From: Anthoceros angustus | Lineage: Eukaryota > Plantae > Anthocerotophyta | Assembly: GCA_010909165.1 (NCBI GenBank) | Contig: MU008166.1 | Coordinates: 1 to 64,000, forward strand | Length of the DNA: 64,000 nt | Direction of reading: 5' to 3' | Shown: positions 26,286 to 38,600 of the stretch, one piece after another | Position numbering within the stretch: the stretch's first letter is position 1 | How the letters are laid out: each line of letters begins with the position of its first letter | Position numbers and translations under genes: made by a program | The notes under the pieces: generated by a model | What the model was told of the DNA's origin: nothing | Seen by the model: the letters and a program-made list of their open reading frames with translations, nothing else | Databases searched by the model: none

Positions 26286-27883
26286 TGGAATGAAAGAAAG
26301 AGCCAAACAACAAGATAAAAATATATATATGGAACCTTCCAAGGAAGCTTAGGGAGACCTCATCACCTCACATATATATAGGCTGGAGCAACTGATCTCT
26401 CGATCACAAGTAATCAAAACAATTTATATTGTCGATTATAAAATAAAAATAGATTTCTAATCTAAATTTAAATCCAAGTAAATAAAATATTCAATATATG
26501 TACATAGATAGCTTAAGAGAGGTGTAGCGGACATGGGGTCTCTATGCTAAGGTCATATGATGAAAATTGAGAAGAAGCTTCAGGTGTTGCAATTACAAGC
26601 GTTGACGATAACATAAGGTACGTATCAAGTACCAGGACCGTGTTTGGTGTTCGAGTCTTATGACTTATGACCGTATGTATGAAAAAGTCGCCGTAGTTGA
26701 GGGCACGGACCAGGGTAAGCATGCACCGGTTGGAAGGTCGAAATGCCCGCCGATGGCAAAGGCCCTCGAGCGTGCACCGCTTTGTGCTTGCATGCCGTGT
26801 GAGATTGAAGTCCCATCTACTGTCTACGGAGGGGATTTTACCTGGGGCGACCAAGAGCTGAACTCGTGAGCTTCCAAGGCTTTCGTGGCGCCTTCTTCCT
26901 CCCTCATGGATGTTTGCATGCTCGTTGAAGAAATGGATCATGCATCTTCTGGGATTGATCCGCTGCGCTCTCCTTTTGTGAGACCCGCAGAGGTGGAACA
27001 AAATTTCTTTCAATTCAATTCAATTCGTTGTGGCAAGAGGTGGCGGTGGAGAAGCTTCGTGCTCTTGCCCTCGTTGAGGTGGATTGGGAGCGTGCTGGCC
27101 ATGCCAAGGGATGTGTATACTATTGGGCACCGCCCCAATTCTCTCGAACGCCTCCTTGTTGCCGCTAGGAAGGCCTGCGCGATCTCCATGGACAAGAAAA
27201 CCTCGCAGGCCTCCGATCCTAATTTCTCAAGCCGATGAACATTGTGTACGCCCTTCCTCGTTGATAAGCTATAGCAACGCTTGACGAGCTCTTCTCGCAG
27301 AGTGCGGATGATGGGATGGACCCATTCATGGCTCCTTCTAAGATGTCGGGTCCAGATTCACGCCAAGAACGCTCTCCTTAGTTAGCTCGTTGGTATAGTT
27401 TTTCTCACTTAATTCCACCCCGCCTTTGACTAAAGGGCGATGCATACTCGAACTCACAATATAATATGATTTATTTTTCTCAAAACATGCTAAGATCACT
27501 TAGAGAGGCTTGCTATTAAATTTATTGTTCTCTAGCCGGTTCTATTCCTGTAGAATTAGTTATGACATTGAAATAGTCACTAGTGAGTATCATTCTAGGT
27601 AGAATGAGCTTATTCTAAATGGCGACAAAAAAAACAAAGCTCATTCTTTCCAAGAATCACTAGCAAAAATAAGAATGATGGAAGATATTAATTTCAAGAA
27701 TGTATATATACATATGTATATGCACGTTTGTAACCTAAATGTTACATATACTCATATCATTTTAAATAAAATTTTCATATACACGCATACACGCTACCTA
27801 CAAGCAAGCTTCCACCTTTAACTCAAAGCGCTTACAATTGTTTTTTCAATGATAACCTCCGATATCAATTCCACACAATCTAG

Positions 27884-28489
27884 CTACGGAGATGGAGAGG
27901 GTGCAAGACATATTGTTAATCATGGAGTCTTGGCAGCACTTCCCATTGCACTCTACATGATCCGCCGGACATACTACAAATGGAGCGACATGATCCGGAG
28001 GTGGAGATGGAGCAGGTGAACTACACAATGTTCCCCGCGGGTCTCCCGGTTGGAAATATTCCTGAGTACATAACATAGATGGGGCATCTCCTTTCGGCTC
28101 ACTTGGCATGAATTCAAATGCAAACTCATGATCCAGCGTTTGGGGTGGAGCAAGTGCAGACATGGTGTCAACCACGGATCTCCGGGCATGAGTTCCCAAT
28201 CCAAGTGATCTTGCGGACAATCCACGATGGAGCTTCCACTTTCACAAATCTCCCAAGCTTGCGATGCACCTTTGACGCCGCAACATCCGAATCCGTGATG
28301 GAGCCTACATCACATTTTACAATCAAGGTGCGTGATAGCCGCCTATAGATTTGAAGTAAAAATAAAAAACAATTAACTCACTATTCTAATCCGTGCAATC
28401 TATCTCTAGATGTCATACCATCGATGCCCACTCGCCACAATTGCCGCAATCCATAGGAAACATAACAAGATACACAAGGATGTCTTCAT
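27884..28489 (-). CDS. Putative secreted Cys/Pro-rich protein, array copy (frameshifted as assembled)
   Basis: Same layout. Fragments include DCPQDHLDWELMPGDPWLTPC and LDHEFAFEFMPSEPK. Confidence 0.55.
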
Positions 28490-30099
28490 TGGAATGAAAG
28501 AAAGAGCCAAACAACAAGATAAAAATATATATGGAACCTTCCAAGGAAGCTTAGGGAGACCTCATCACTCACATATATATAGGCTCGAGCAACGATCTCT
28601 CGATCACAAGAAATCAAAACAATTTATATTGTCGATTATAAAATAAAAATAGATTTCTAATCTAAATTTAAATCCAAGTAAATAAAATATTCAATATATG
28701 TACATAGATAGCTTAAGAGAGGTGTAAGGACATGGGGTCTCTATGCTAAGGTCATATGATGAAAATTGAGAAGAAGCTTTAGGTGTTGCAATTACAAGCG
28801 TTGATTTATAACATAAGGTACGTATCAAGTACCGTGACCGTGTTTGGTGTTCGAGTCTTATGACTTATGACCGTATGTATGAAAAGTCGCCGTAGTTGAG
28901 GGCACGGACCAGTGGTAAGCATGCATCGGATCGGAAGGTCGAAATGCCCGCCGATGGCAAAGGCCACGAGCCGTGGCACTGCTTTGTGCTTGCATGCCGT
29001 GTGAGATTGAAGTCCTCGCTATCTACTGGAGGAGGAGGGATTTTACCTGCGGTACCAAGAGCTGAACTGTGAGCTTCCAAGGCGCTTTCGTGGCGTCTTC
29101 TTCCTCCCTCATGGATGTTTGCATGCTCGTTGAAGAAATGGATCATGCATCTGCTGGGATTGATCCGCTTTGCGCCTCCTTTTGTGAGACCCGCAGAGGT
29201 GGAACAAAATTTCTTTCAATTCAATTCAATTCTGTGTGGCAAGAGGTGGCGGTGGAGAAGCTTCGTGCTCTTGCCTCGTTGAGGTGGATTGGGAGCGCAG
29301 GGCCATGCCAAGGGGATGTGTATACTATTGGGCACCCCACCTTCTCTCGTAACGCCTCCTTGTTGCCGCTAGGAAGGCCTGCAGCGATCTCCGCGACAAG
29401 AAAACCTCGCAGGCCTCCGATCCTAATTTCGCCGATGAACATTGTGTACGCCAGACCGTCCTTCCTCGTTGATAAGCTATAGCAACGCTTGACGAGCTCT
29501 TCTCGCAGAGTGCGGATGATGGGATGGACCCATTCATGGCTCCTTCTAAGATGTCGGGGTCCAGATTCACGCCAAGAACGCGCCTCCTTAGTTAGCTCGT
29601 TGGTATAGTTTTTCTCATTGTTAATTCCACCCGCCTTTGACTAAAGGGCGATGCATACTCGAACTCACAATATAATATGATTTATTTTTCTAAAACATGC
29701 TAAGATCACTTAGAGAGGCTTGCTATTAAATTTATTGTTCTCTAGCCGCAGAGTTCTATTCCTCAGAGAATTAGTTATGACATTGAAATAGTCACTAGTG
29801 AGTATCATTCTAGGTAGAATGAGCTTATTCTAAATGGCGACAAAAAAAACAAAGCTCATTCTTTCCAAGAATCACTAGCAAAAATAAGAATGATGGAAGA
29901 TATTAATTTCAGAATGTATATATACATATGTATATGCACACGCTTTGTAACCTAAATGTTACATATACTCATATCATTTTAAATAAAATTTGCATATACA
30001 CGCATACACGCTACCTACAAGCAAGCTTCCACCTTTAACTCAAAGCGCTTACAATTGTTTTTCAATGATAACCTCCGATATCAATTCCACACAATCTAG

Positions 30100-30694
30100 C
30101 TACGGAGATGGAGAGGGTGCAAAGACATATTGTTAATCATGGAGTCTTGGCAAGACTTCCCATTGCACTCTACATGATCCGCGGACATACTACAAATGGA
30201 GCGACATGATCCGGAGGTGGAGATGGAGCAGTGAACCACACAATGTTCCCATGGTCTCCGGTTGGAAATATTCCCGAGTACATAACATAGATGGGGCATC
30301 TCCTTCGGCTCACTTGGCATGAATTCAAATGCAAACTCATGATCCAGTTGGGGTGGAGCAAGTGCAGACATGGTGTCAACCACGGATCTCCGGGCATGAG
30401 TTCCCAATCCAAGTGATCTTGCGGACAATCCAGATGGAGCTTCCACTTTCACAAATCTCCCAAGCTTGCGATGCACCTTGACGCCGCAACATCCGAATCC
30501 GTGATGGAGCCTACATCACATTTTACAATCAAGGTACGTGATAGCCCTATAGATTTGAAGTAAAAATAAAAAACAATTAACTCACTATTCTAATCCGTGC
30601 AATCTATCTCTAGATGTCATACCATCAGATGCCCACTCGCCACAATTGCCGCAATCCATAGGAAACATAACAAGATACACAAGGATGTCTTCAT
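30100..30694 (-). CDS. Putative secreted Cys/Pro-rich protein, array copy (frameshifted as assembled)
   Basis: Same layout as the other copies, with ATG at 30694 and TAG at 30100-30102. Confidence 0.55.
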
Positions 30695-31046
30695 TGGAAT
30701 GAAAGAAAGAGCCAAACAACAAGATAAAAATATATATATGGAACCTTCCAAGGAAGCTTAGGGAGACCTCATCAGCCTCACATATATATAGGCTCGAGCA
30801 ACTGATCTCGATCACAAGTAATCAAAACAATTTATATTGTCGATTATAAAATAAAAATAGATTTCTAATCTAAATTTAAATCCAAGTAAATAAAATATTC
30901 AATATATGTACATAGATAGCTTAAGAGAGGTGTAGCGGACATTGGGTCTCTATGCTAAGGTCATATGATGAAAATTGAGAAGAAGCTTTAGGTGTTGCAA
31001 TTATAAGCGTTGACGATAACATAAGGTACGTATCAAGTACCAGGAC

Positions 31047-34000
31047 TGTGGAAGACCACATGTACACTAACTCCCCTCTGAAGTGTCGGGATGAACGATT
31101 TTTTTTGTTTTGGGAGTGTTTGTATAGCAAAGTGCTTTGAGAATCGCCTGGGTAAGGTCTTTTATACGAGAACAGTCCTTGGCCCTTGGGATAATAATTT
31201 TCTTTTTGACCTTAGGTTTTCGACCCGGATAGGTAGGTCGAGATAGAGTCCTTGGGTTTTGGTGATTTTAGAAATAAGAAAGTGTCTATATATGTTAGGG
31301 TGCCTATCCCGCCAGCTGCTGCCGGAGGTAGCCGCCCACCACGGTGGTCAAGAACGGACGATGCTGTGGGAGTTTACAACCCTAGTGGCGAGCGGGCCGC
31401 CAGACCGGAGCGCAATCGAGACGACACACCCAAAGACCGCGAGGTCGCGAATTCGCCGACGCCGAGCCGCAGAAGCGGGCGCGATGCAACGCCGGCCGAG
31501 TGCTTGCAGGTGTAGGGACGCGCTGGCCGTAACGGCGTGGCGGGCGGAGGAAGGAAACCAGGCGTTGGCGAAGTAGCGAAGGAGGAGGAGGAGGAGGAGG
31601 AGGCGAAGAGCGTGCAAGGGTGGTGTTCCCTCTTCGACCAGCGTCTGCGGTGGGTCGAGTTCTTTTGGGAAACAAGGAGAAAGGAGATGGCGCCCCGCCA
31701 AATCCCTCATGCGGGCCCAACATGGACCCTTTGGAAGGTGAGAGGCAGCTGCAGTGAGTTCGAATTTATGGAGAAGAAATGGTGTTACGATACAAAGATT
31801 GGTGCAAGAGTGCGCCGCAATTGAGAACCAAGTTGCAAGAGGGAGACGCGAGGAAGAGGCCGCAAAACTGGATTTGGGGCTCTTTCGAGCAAAGAAGGGC
31901 GAGAAGCATCGAGGATGGAAGCTTGGTAATTGACCCCAGAGAAAGAAGACCGAGAGTCAGCCGCGCCATGAAGCCTGGAGAAGTGAGGGTGAACAATGGA
32001 TGGGTGACTCGCCAACTCGGTTCGGCACCGTGGGATTAGCCAAGTGGATTTTGTGTTTCGCAATAAGTTGGATCATATGGCGAGACCACTTCACGGTCTT
32101 TCTTCATGAGGTGGTTAAAGGTACACAAATCGATTGGGCGGATGATCTTTGAAAGAGCCTGTGAGGAGAGGGCGAATTTGCTCTCCCTTCCCTCGGCCTC
32201 CTTGATTTCACCTTTTCTAATTCATGTATTCAAGATTCCGGTGTCTAACGGAGTTGAAGTCGGTTCCGCCTTCATAGCCGGAAACCGTGGAACTCAAGGT
32301 AGAGGAGGAGGAGTGTAAGGAGGATTCCGGAAGGATTCCAGCTTGGGAATGCGCCTCCCTAGAAGATCTTGGATGAAGGTGGGGAGGTTTCCAAGGGCAA
32401 GAAGCGAGGGCGACGAATGGGGGTCAAGAAGGGAAGGACACCGCAAGAAGAGGAACCCACACACCTAGGGTCACCGAAATCAGGGAACGCGAGTGAAGGA
32501 GGAGAAAATAAAAGGGAAACGACAAGTTGTGCCTCCTCAGTGGGGAGGAGTCGCCGCTAGGAGAGATTGGAGCGGATGAGGAAGTAGTGGCAAACCAACC
32601 CCTAGAAGAAGAGGGGTTAGTTTCGATAGCCAAGTCCGCGACGGAGCTCGAACATTTTTGGCGACATTTCACCGACCACCCCGAAGTGGAGTGTGACACC
32701 GTCAAGGCGAATTGTTGTGGAGGGAATGGGCACGGGCAGCCCAATTGGAATCACAGCCCCGACTCGCCATGGCTCGACGCAGCGGATCTCCTCGACCAGC
32801 CATGGCTCTCACCGGCCGAGTGTGCAGGCCAACAGGAAAAGTTGCTCAAGGAGAAGTTGGAGAGCCCGAAGGCGAGAACAAGGTGGCGAGGAGCGCAGAC
32901 GGAATGCGAGGCGGCCCTATGCAAGGCATGGAGTGCAAGGGCCATGTCCACCCAACAGAGGCCTTAGTGAATCAGTCAAGGGGCGATGCCACAATCGAGG
33001 AGCTTCAAGATGAGGTCTCATGAGCCTGTGAACAAATGGAAACAATGGCGCCCGAGAAATTCAAGAAGCGGAGAGATACAAGCGAGAGAGATGAAGCTAG
33101 GCCGAGTCAAGAGAGAGGTGGCCAAACCAAGAAGGGCAGAGCCACAAAGAACCGCAGAGTCAAGCCACCACCGTGGAAACTACCACCACGGTGGCTAAAC
33201 CGCCACCGCGAAGGAGGAACCGAGGTGGGGAAGTCACTGTGAGCGCCGCAGTGATACGATCCTCGATCGGCCTGTGATTGTCCACGGAGGAGAGGGTAAG
33301 AACCTCGAGCGGGCGAGTGCAGGCCCCGGATGAGGATGCTCATGTCCCCGGCTTCGCCGCATGGTGAGCGGTGCTCACTCTAAATGTGTATGTGGTTGTT
33401 GGGACAGAGGGGCGTAAACTATTGGCTGCACATCTTGACCGCCACGCGCTACGCTGGTTCTTCCGAACGGAGCGGGGCCTACCCCCAAGTGGTGATCGAG
33501 GAAATGAGCGGAGGCTGTGGCGTGGAGGGAGGAGCACATGTGGTCCCATGAATGAGAGCGGAATAATGTGCATAGGGCCTATAGACGACGCCCATGGAAG
33601 ACGCCAAGAAACAGAAAAGTGATCGAGGTGGAGGTTTTGGGGAGAATCGCCGGATCGAGGCGTGGCAGAGCGAGAGCGAGGAACCCCCAGGTTAGGCAAA
33701 GAATCATGACGCGCCGCTAATTTTAGAGGAGCGACATCATAGGCCGAGGCTTTTGGGGTAGAGGATAGGATGTTTTGAGGACCCGAGTCGAAGTTACGAA
33801 TTGGTAGGAGCGCCGTGGTAGTGGGCCATATTTTCTAGACATCGTAGGAGTGAGTCGTGGAGATCCACACCGAATGTATAAGAGACCCTTGAGAGTCTCT
33901 CTAATGCATAATGTGTGAACTTCCGTGTTGAAGCGGCGCGAGGTTGGTTGGAGACGTCGATCAAGATCAAACTGCTCGATGCACCGCCTCCACACAAGAA

Positions 34001-34757
34001 GGCCGGAAGATCCCCGGATGGTCGAGAGCGGAGTGGCCAAGCTCCACGCCTGGGTGACGGAAGGCACCGAAAAAAGAGGTAGGAATTGCCGCGAAGGCCG
34101 AGGCGGAATCGCCGAAGGCGAATCGCCAAGCACCGACCGGGTTTTTCCCGATCCTCTTCCCAACCGCCACCAGCGTGTTTTATTCCATGAGTGGGGTCTG
34201 TGGCCCAAGAGGGGTCTGTGTGGCCCAAGAGGGGTCTGTGTGGCCCAAGGAGGGGTCTGTGTGGCCCGTGAGGAGAGGGAGAGAGGATTTATTAGGAAGG
34301 GAAAGGTCCCCGAAAGGGTGGATGAGTGCGCGCCGTGAGGGATTGTGAGTGCGTGAGGGGGAAAATCGGAAATGAGTAAGGAGAGTGGAAGTGTGCGGTG
34401 GAATCGAGGAAATTCCTGGAAGTAAAGTGAGGCGTGTATAAGTGTGTGTATGTCCATAGCCCCCAAGGTCTGCGCCAGAGAAGCCGGTGACAAATAGCCC
34501 CCGCGACAGGCGGCGCGCTGGGGACCCGCCACAGTGGTTGAACCCGCCACTGCGGTGGCCGAGTCTTCCACGGTGGTGGGTTTGGGTAGGGTAGCTGGAT
34601 AAGGTGGGGTAGTGATCGACGGGGTAAGTCTAGAATCCATAGTTTTAGAACATCTTGACACAAAACCATTCCTTTGGGATCGAATCCTAGGACTATAACG
34701 ACATAGAGGGTAAATGTGGCCTCTTTGCGTCACCGGATGCAAAAACCCCATTCCACA
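31047..34757. mobile_element. 3711-bp insertion with TG..CA ends; probable very large solo LTR or internally deleted LTR element
   Basis: AGGAC-[TGTGGAA....TTCCACA]-AGGAC: 5-bp TSD (31042-46 and 34758-62) and a 7-bp terminal inverted repeat. Removing it restores the unit sequence GTACCAGGACCGTGTTTGG. No RT, INT or transposase motif recognised. Confidence 0.85.
34193..34267. repeat. 20-bp tandem repeat (GGGGTCTGTGTGGCCCAAGA), ~4 copies
   Basis: Directly visible in the sequence. Confidence 0.9.
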
Positions 34758-35627
34758 AGGACCGTGTTTGGTGTTCGAGTCTTATGACTTATGACCGTAT
34801 GTATGAAAAAGTCGCCGTAGTTGAGGGCACGGACCAGGGTAAGCATGCAGACCGGACTGGAAGGTCGAAATGCTCGCCGATGGCAAAGGCCGGTCGAGCC
34901 GTGGCACTGTTTGTGCTTGCATGCTGTGTGAGATTGAAGTCCCCTGCTATCTACTCTGGACTGGAGGAGGGATTTTACCCGTGGGCAGACCAAGAGCTGA
35001 ACCTGTGAGCTTCCAAGGCGCTTTCTTCGTGGCGTCTTCTTCCTCCCTCATGGATGTTTGCATGCTCGTTGAAGAAATGGATCATGCATCTTCGCTGTTG
35101 GGATTGATCCGCTGCTTTGCGCTCTCCTTTTGTGAGACCTGCAGAGGTGGAACAAAATTTCTTTCAATTCAATTCAAAATCCCTGTTGTGGCGAGAGGTG
35201 GCGGTGGAGAAGCTTCGTGCTCTTGCCCTCGTTGAGGTGGATTGGGAGCGTGCTGGCCATGCCAAGGGGATGTGTATACTATTGGGCACTGCCCCAATTC
35301 TCTCAGAACGCCTCCTTGTTGCCGCTAGGAAGGCCCTGCGGCGATCTCCGCGGACAAGAAAACCTCGCAGGGCCTCCGATCCTAATTTCTCAAGCCGATG
35401 AACATTGTGTATGCCGCACGGACCTTCCTCGTTGATAAGCTATAGCAACGTTGAGGTGTTGCAATTACAAGCGTTGACGATAACATAAGGCACGTATCAA
35501 GTACCAGGACCGTGTTTGGTGTTCGAGTCTTATGACTTATGACCGTATGTATGAAAAAGTAACCGTAGTTGAGGGCACGGACCAGGGTAAGCATGCAGAC
35601 CGGAATGGAAGATCGAAATGTCCGCAG

Positions 35628-38600
35628 ATGGCAATGGTAGCGCGAGCCGCTGCTCTGTCCTCTGTGTCACGTCGAGCTCTTGCAGTTCCCAGCAGGGTGG
35701 TCATCTCGGCACATTGCTTGTCATCGGCTTGCCCTCCGTGCTCAGCCTCCACGTCCTCATCCGCCTCCAGGTCTGTCTCATCGCGGGGGCTACGACGCTC
35801 ATACAAGGTGCCCAGCAGGCGAGGTGCCAGCACCTGTTGTGGGGGAGGCATGTTTCAGGTTGTGAGCAGTGCGTCGCGGGGCGAGGCGGGAGGCCCGCCC
35901 GTGGTGACGGAGAAGGAGAAGGAGGTGGAGGTCTCGGCACCTGCAGCTGAGGCGGTAGGAGAGCCGTCTCCCGTCGGGCTCACCAGACCATTCACTCGTT
36001 CGTTCCCCGAGGTGAGCCGGATTGCTGGTGGGCGGTGCTCTGCATGGAGTAGTAGTAAGTAATTTTGGACTTACCGAGGCTCTGGGTCTGCAGGTGGTGG
36101 TTGGCATTAAGTCTCTTGATGCAACCGAGTGGAAGGGGGATGTGCTGGCTCTCGGGGTTTTTGAAGGGGAGCTTGAGACCGAGGAGGGGGGTGCATTCAA
36201 GAACAGTGCGTTGCAGAAGCTGGATGGATTTCTGGGCGGAGTCTTAACTGATCTCGCGAAGGAGGAAGATTTGTCCGGCAAGGCTGGTTCGTCTGCGTTT
36301 GTAAGGCTCTCAGGCTATGGGTTCAAGAAAGTCGGGCTAGTTGGGCTGGGGAAGCTGGAAGATGCCAAGACTTCCACGTGGAAAGGATTTGGAGAGGCTA
36401 TTGCTTCTGTGACCAAGACCAAGGCCTCAGTGGCTGCTGCTATCCCTTCTGCCAAGGAGTTCTCGGAGGATGTGCAGGTTGCTGCTGCAGGAGCTATTGT
36501 GTCAGGTAGGTTTGTGTAGCTCACCTGGCTTGGAGGAGGCAGCTTGTTGGTTGCAAAAACGTTGCTATAACGTGGGTGTGCTGGGTCTGAGCAGGATTGC
36601 TTCTGGAGCAGTTCAAGGATACCAGATTCAAGACGGAGTCCAAGGATCCTCCTGCCATTACGCTGGATATTCTTGGTGGTGGGGATGAGAAGGCTTTTGC
36701 GCATAAGTTGCTGCAGGTAACGAGCTCGGCCAATGGTGTGGTGCTGGCTAAGCAGCTGGTGAATGCGCCAGCAAATGTCTTAACTCCTGGTATGTGCTGC
36801 TTTCTATGTCCGACATGATCCTGCTAAGAGTGCATTTCAATACCTTTCCTACCCCGTTTGCTTGTGGCTGAATCCCCAATTGCGTTTGGACCTTCCAGCG
36901 GTACTTGCAGAGGAAGCCAAGAAGATTGGTGCGGCACATCCTGACGTGTTGACAGTTAAAATCTTGGATGAAGAAGAATGCACCAAGTTGAAAATGGGTG
37001 CATATCTGGGGGTCGCTGCTGGTTCTGAAAACCCTCCTGCTTTCATCCACATACAGTACAAGCCGGAAGGAGCTGTCCATACTAAGTTAGCGATTGTTGG
37101 GAAAGGTTTGACATTTGACAGGTGGGCACCTTTCGTTGCTAGATGGTCCGCTTGTCTTAATATTTTGTGTAATTCTGCACTCCAACTGATTGCTGATTGC
37201 CTTTATGTTTAGTGGTGGCTACAACCTGAAGACTGGGCCAGGCTCATTGATTGAGCTCATGAAGTTTGACATGGGCGGTGCAGCTGCTGCACTAGGGGCT
37301 GCCAAGGCCATCGCAAGCATCCATCCTCCTGGTGTTGAGGTGAGGATTTGACTAGCATCATGATGTGCTCTTTGCCATGCACATTCCTGTTGTGATAACC
37401 GCATTTACTTCTGTTGATGTGCACCTGCAGGTTAATTTTATTGTTGCTGCATGTGAGAACATGATAAGTGGTAAGGGGATGAGACCAGGTGACATACTGA
37501 CTGCATCAAATGGCAAGACTATTGAGGTAAATGATTCAGAACGTGAGAGTTTGTTTGTGTGTTTCCTGGTGAACACACTCTTATTGTGCTTTTACCTTGC
37601 TTTTCAGGTAAACAACACAGATGCTGAGGGTCGTCTGACGTTGGCTGATGCTCTTGTATATGCCACCGGTTTAGGAGTTGACAAGGTGTGCTATCATTCT
37701 GCAGTTGGAAATCTTATTCGTTGTTGTGGTCAGCCTTCTTCTCACTGTCAAAGTGATTTTTCCTGTTTTATATGGTAGTCCTTTGACGGTGGCTCAACTG
37801 TCCATGCAATCCTCAGGTGGTTGATCTTGCTACGCTGACAGGGGCCTGCATTGTAGCTCTTGGTAGCAGTGTTGGAGGTATCCAGAAAAAGTTACTTTGC
37901 TGCATCATGTTCTGTAATGTGTCAGTAACTGTGGACTTTTCTGATACTGTTCTCTGGATCATGCAGGGTTGTTCACAAAGCACGATGAACTTGCAGAGGA
38001 GCTAGTTACAGCATCTAAAGTAGCTGGAGAGAAGTTCTGGAGACTGCCAATGGAAGAGAGTTACTGGGAGGGCATGAAGTCTAACATTGCTGACATGGTT
38101 AATACAGGAGGACGGTATGGTGGATCAATAACTGCTGCCCTCTTCTTGAGCCAGGTGCCGCGGACTCTCCCTCTGGTGGTTTGATCTGTTCGATTGACTA
38201 GTAGGGAAGCTGCTGGAAAGTTGTGGGATGACGTATGGTTTGGTTCTGGATTGAAAATCTAGATTTCACGTCCGATGAAGTTTGTGTGGAATTATTGGCT
38301 TGGGATTCTGTCTTGCCGTAACTTTTCTGTGCTGTGATGATACCACGTGTTTCGGACTAGAGTTTCTGATCTGATTATCAGATCTGACGATACCCCTTGG
38401 CTGTCTGAGCCAGAAAAGTTAGGAAGCTGCTGGAAAGTTGTGGGGTGATGTATGGTTTGGTTCTGCATTGAAAATTCGGAGTTTGTGTCCGATGACGAAC
38501 TCTGCATGGAATTACTGGCTTGGGATTCTGTCGTGCTGAAACTTTTCTTTGCTGTGACAATACCAAGTGTTTCGGACTAGAGATTCTGATCTGATTATGA

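Larger units (their letters stand above)
1115..35627. repeat. Tandem array of a ~2.15-2.2 kb unit, interrupted by retroelement sequence
   Basis: Anchor GAGGTGGATTGGGAGCG recurs at ~1128, 3266, 5414, 9629, 24886, 27076, 29281 and 35234. Spacing is ~2140-2200 bp where uninterrupted. Copies differ mostly by small indels. Confidence 0.95.

Noticed and set aside
33723-34751. 342-aa minus-strand ORF as a real gene
   Set aside because: It starts at the very end of the insertion, runs through promoter-like and tandem-repeat sequence, and has no recognisable domain.
1115-35627. Array as 5S/45S rDNA, snRNA cluster or centromeric satellite
   Set aside because: No recognisable rRNA or snRNA sequence in the unit. 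It has a gene-like exon/intron structure instead.
35532-35627. N-terminal extension of LAP from the repeat ATG (MTYDRMYEK..)
   Set aside because: It would mask the Ser/Ala/Arg-rich transit peptide starting at 35628. More likely UTR or promoter.
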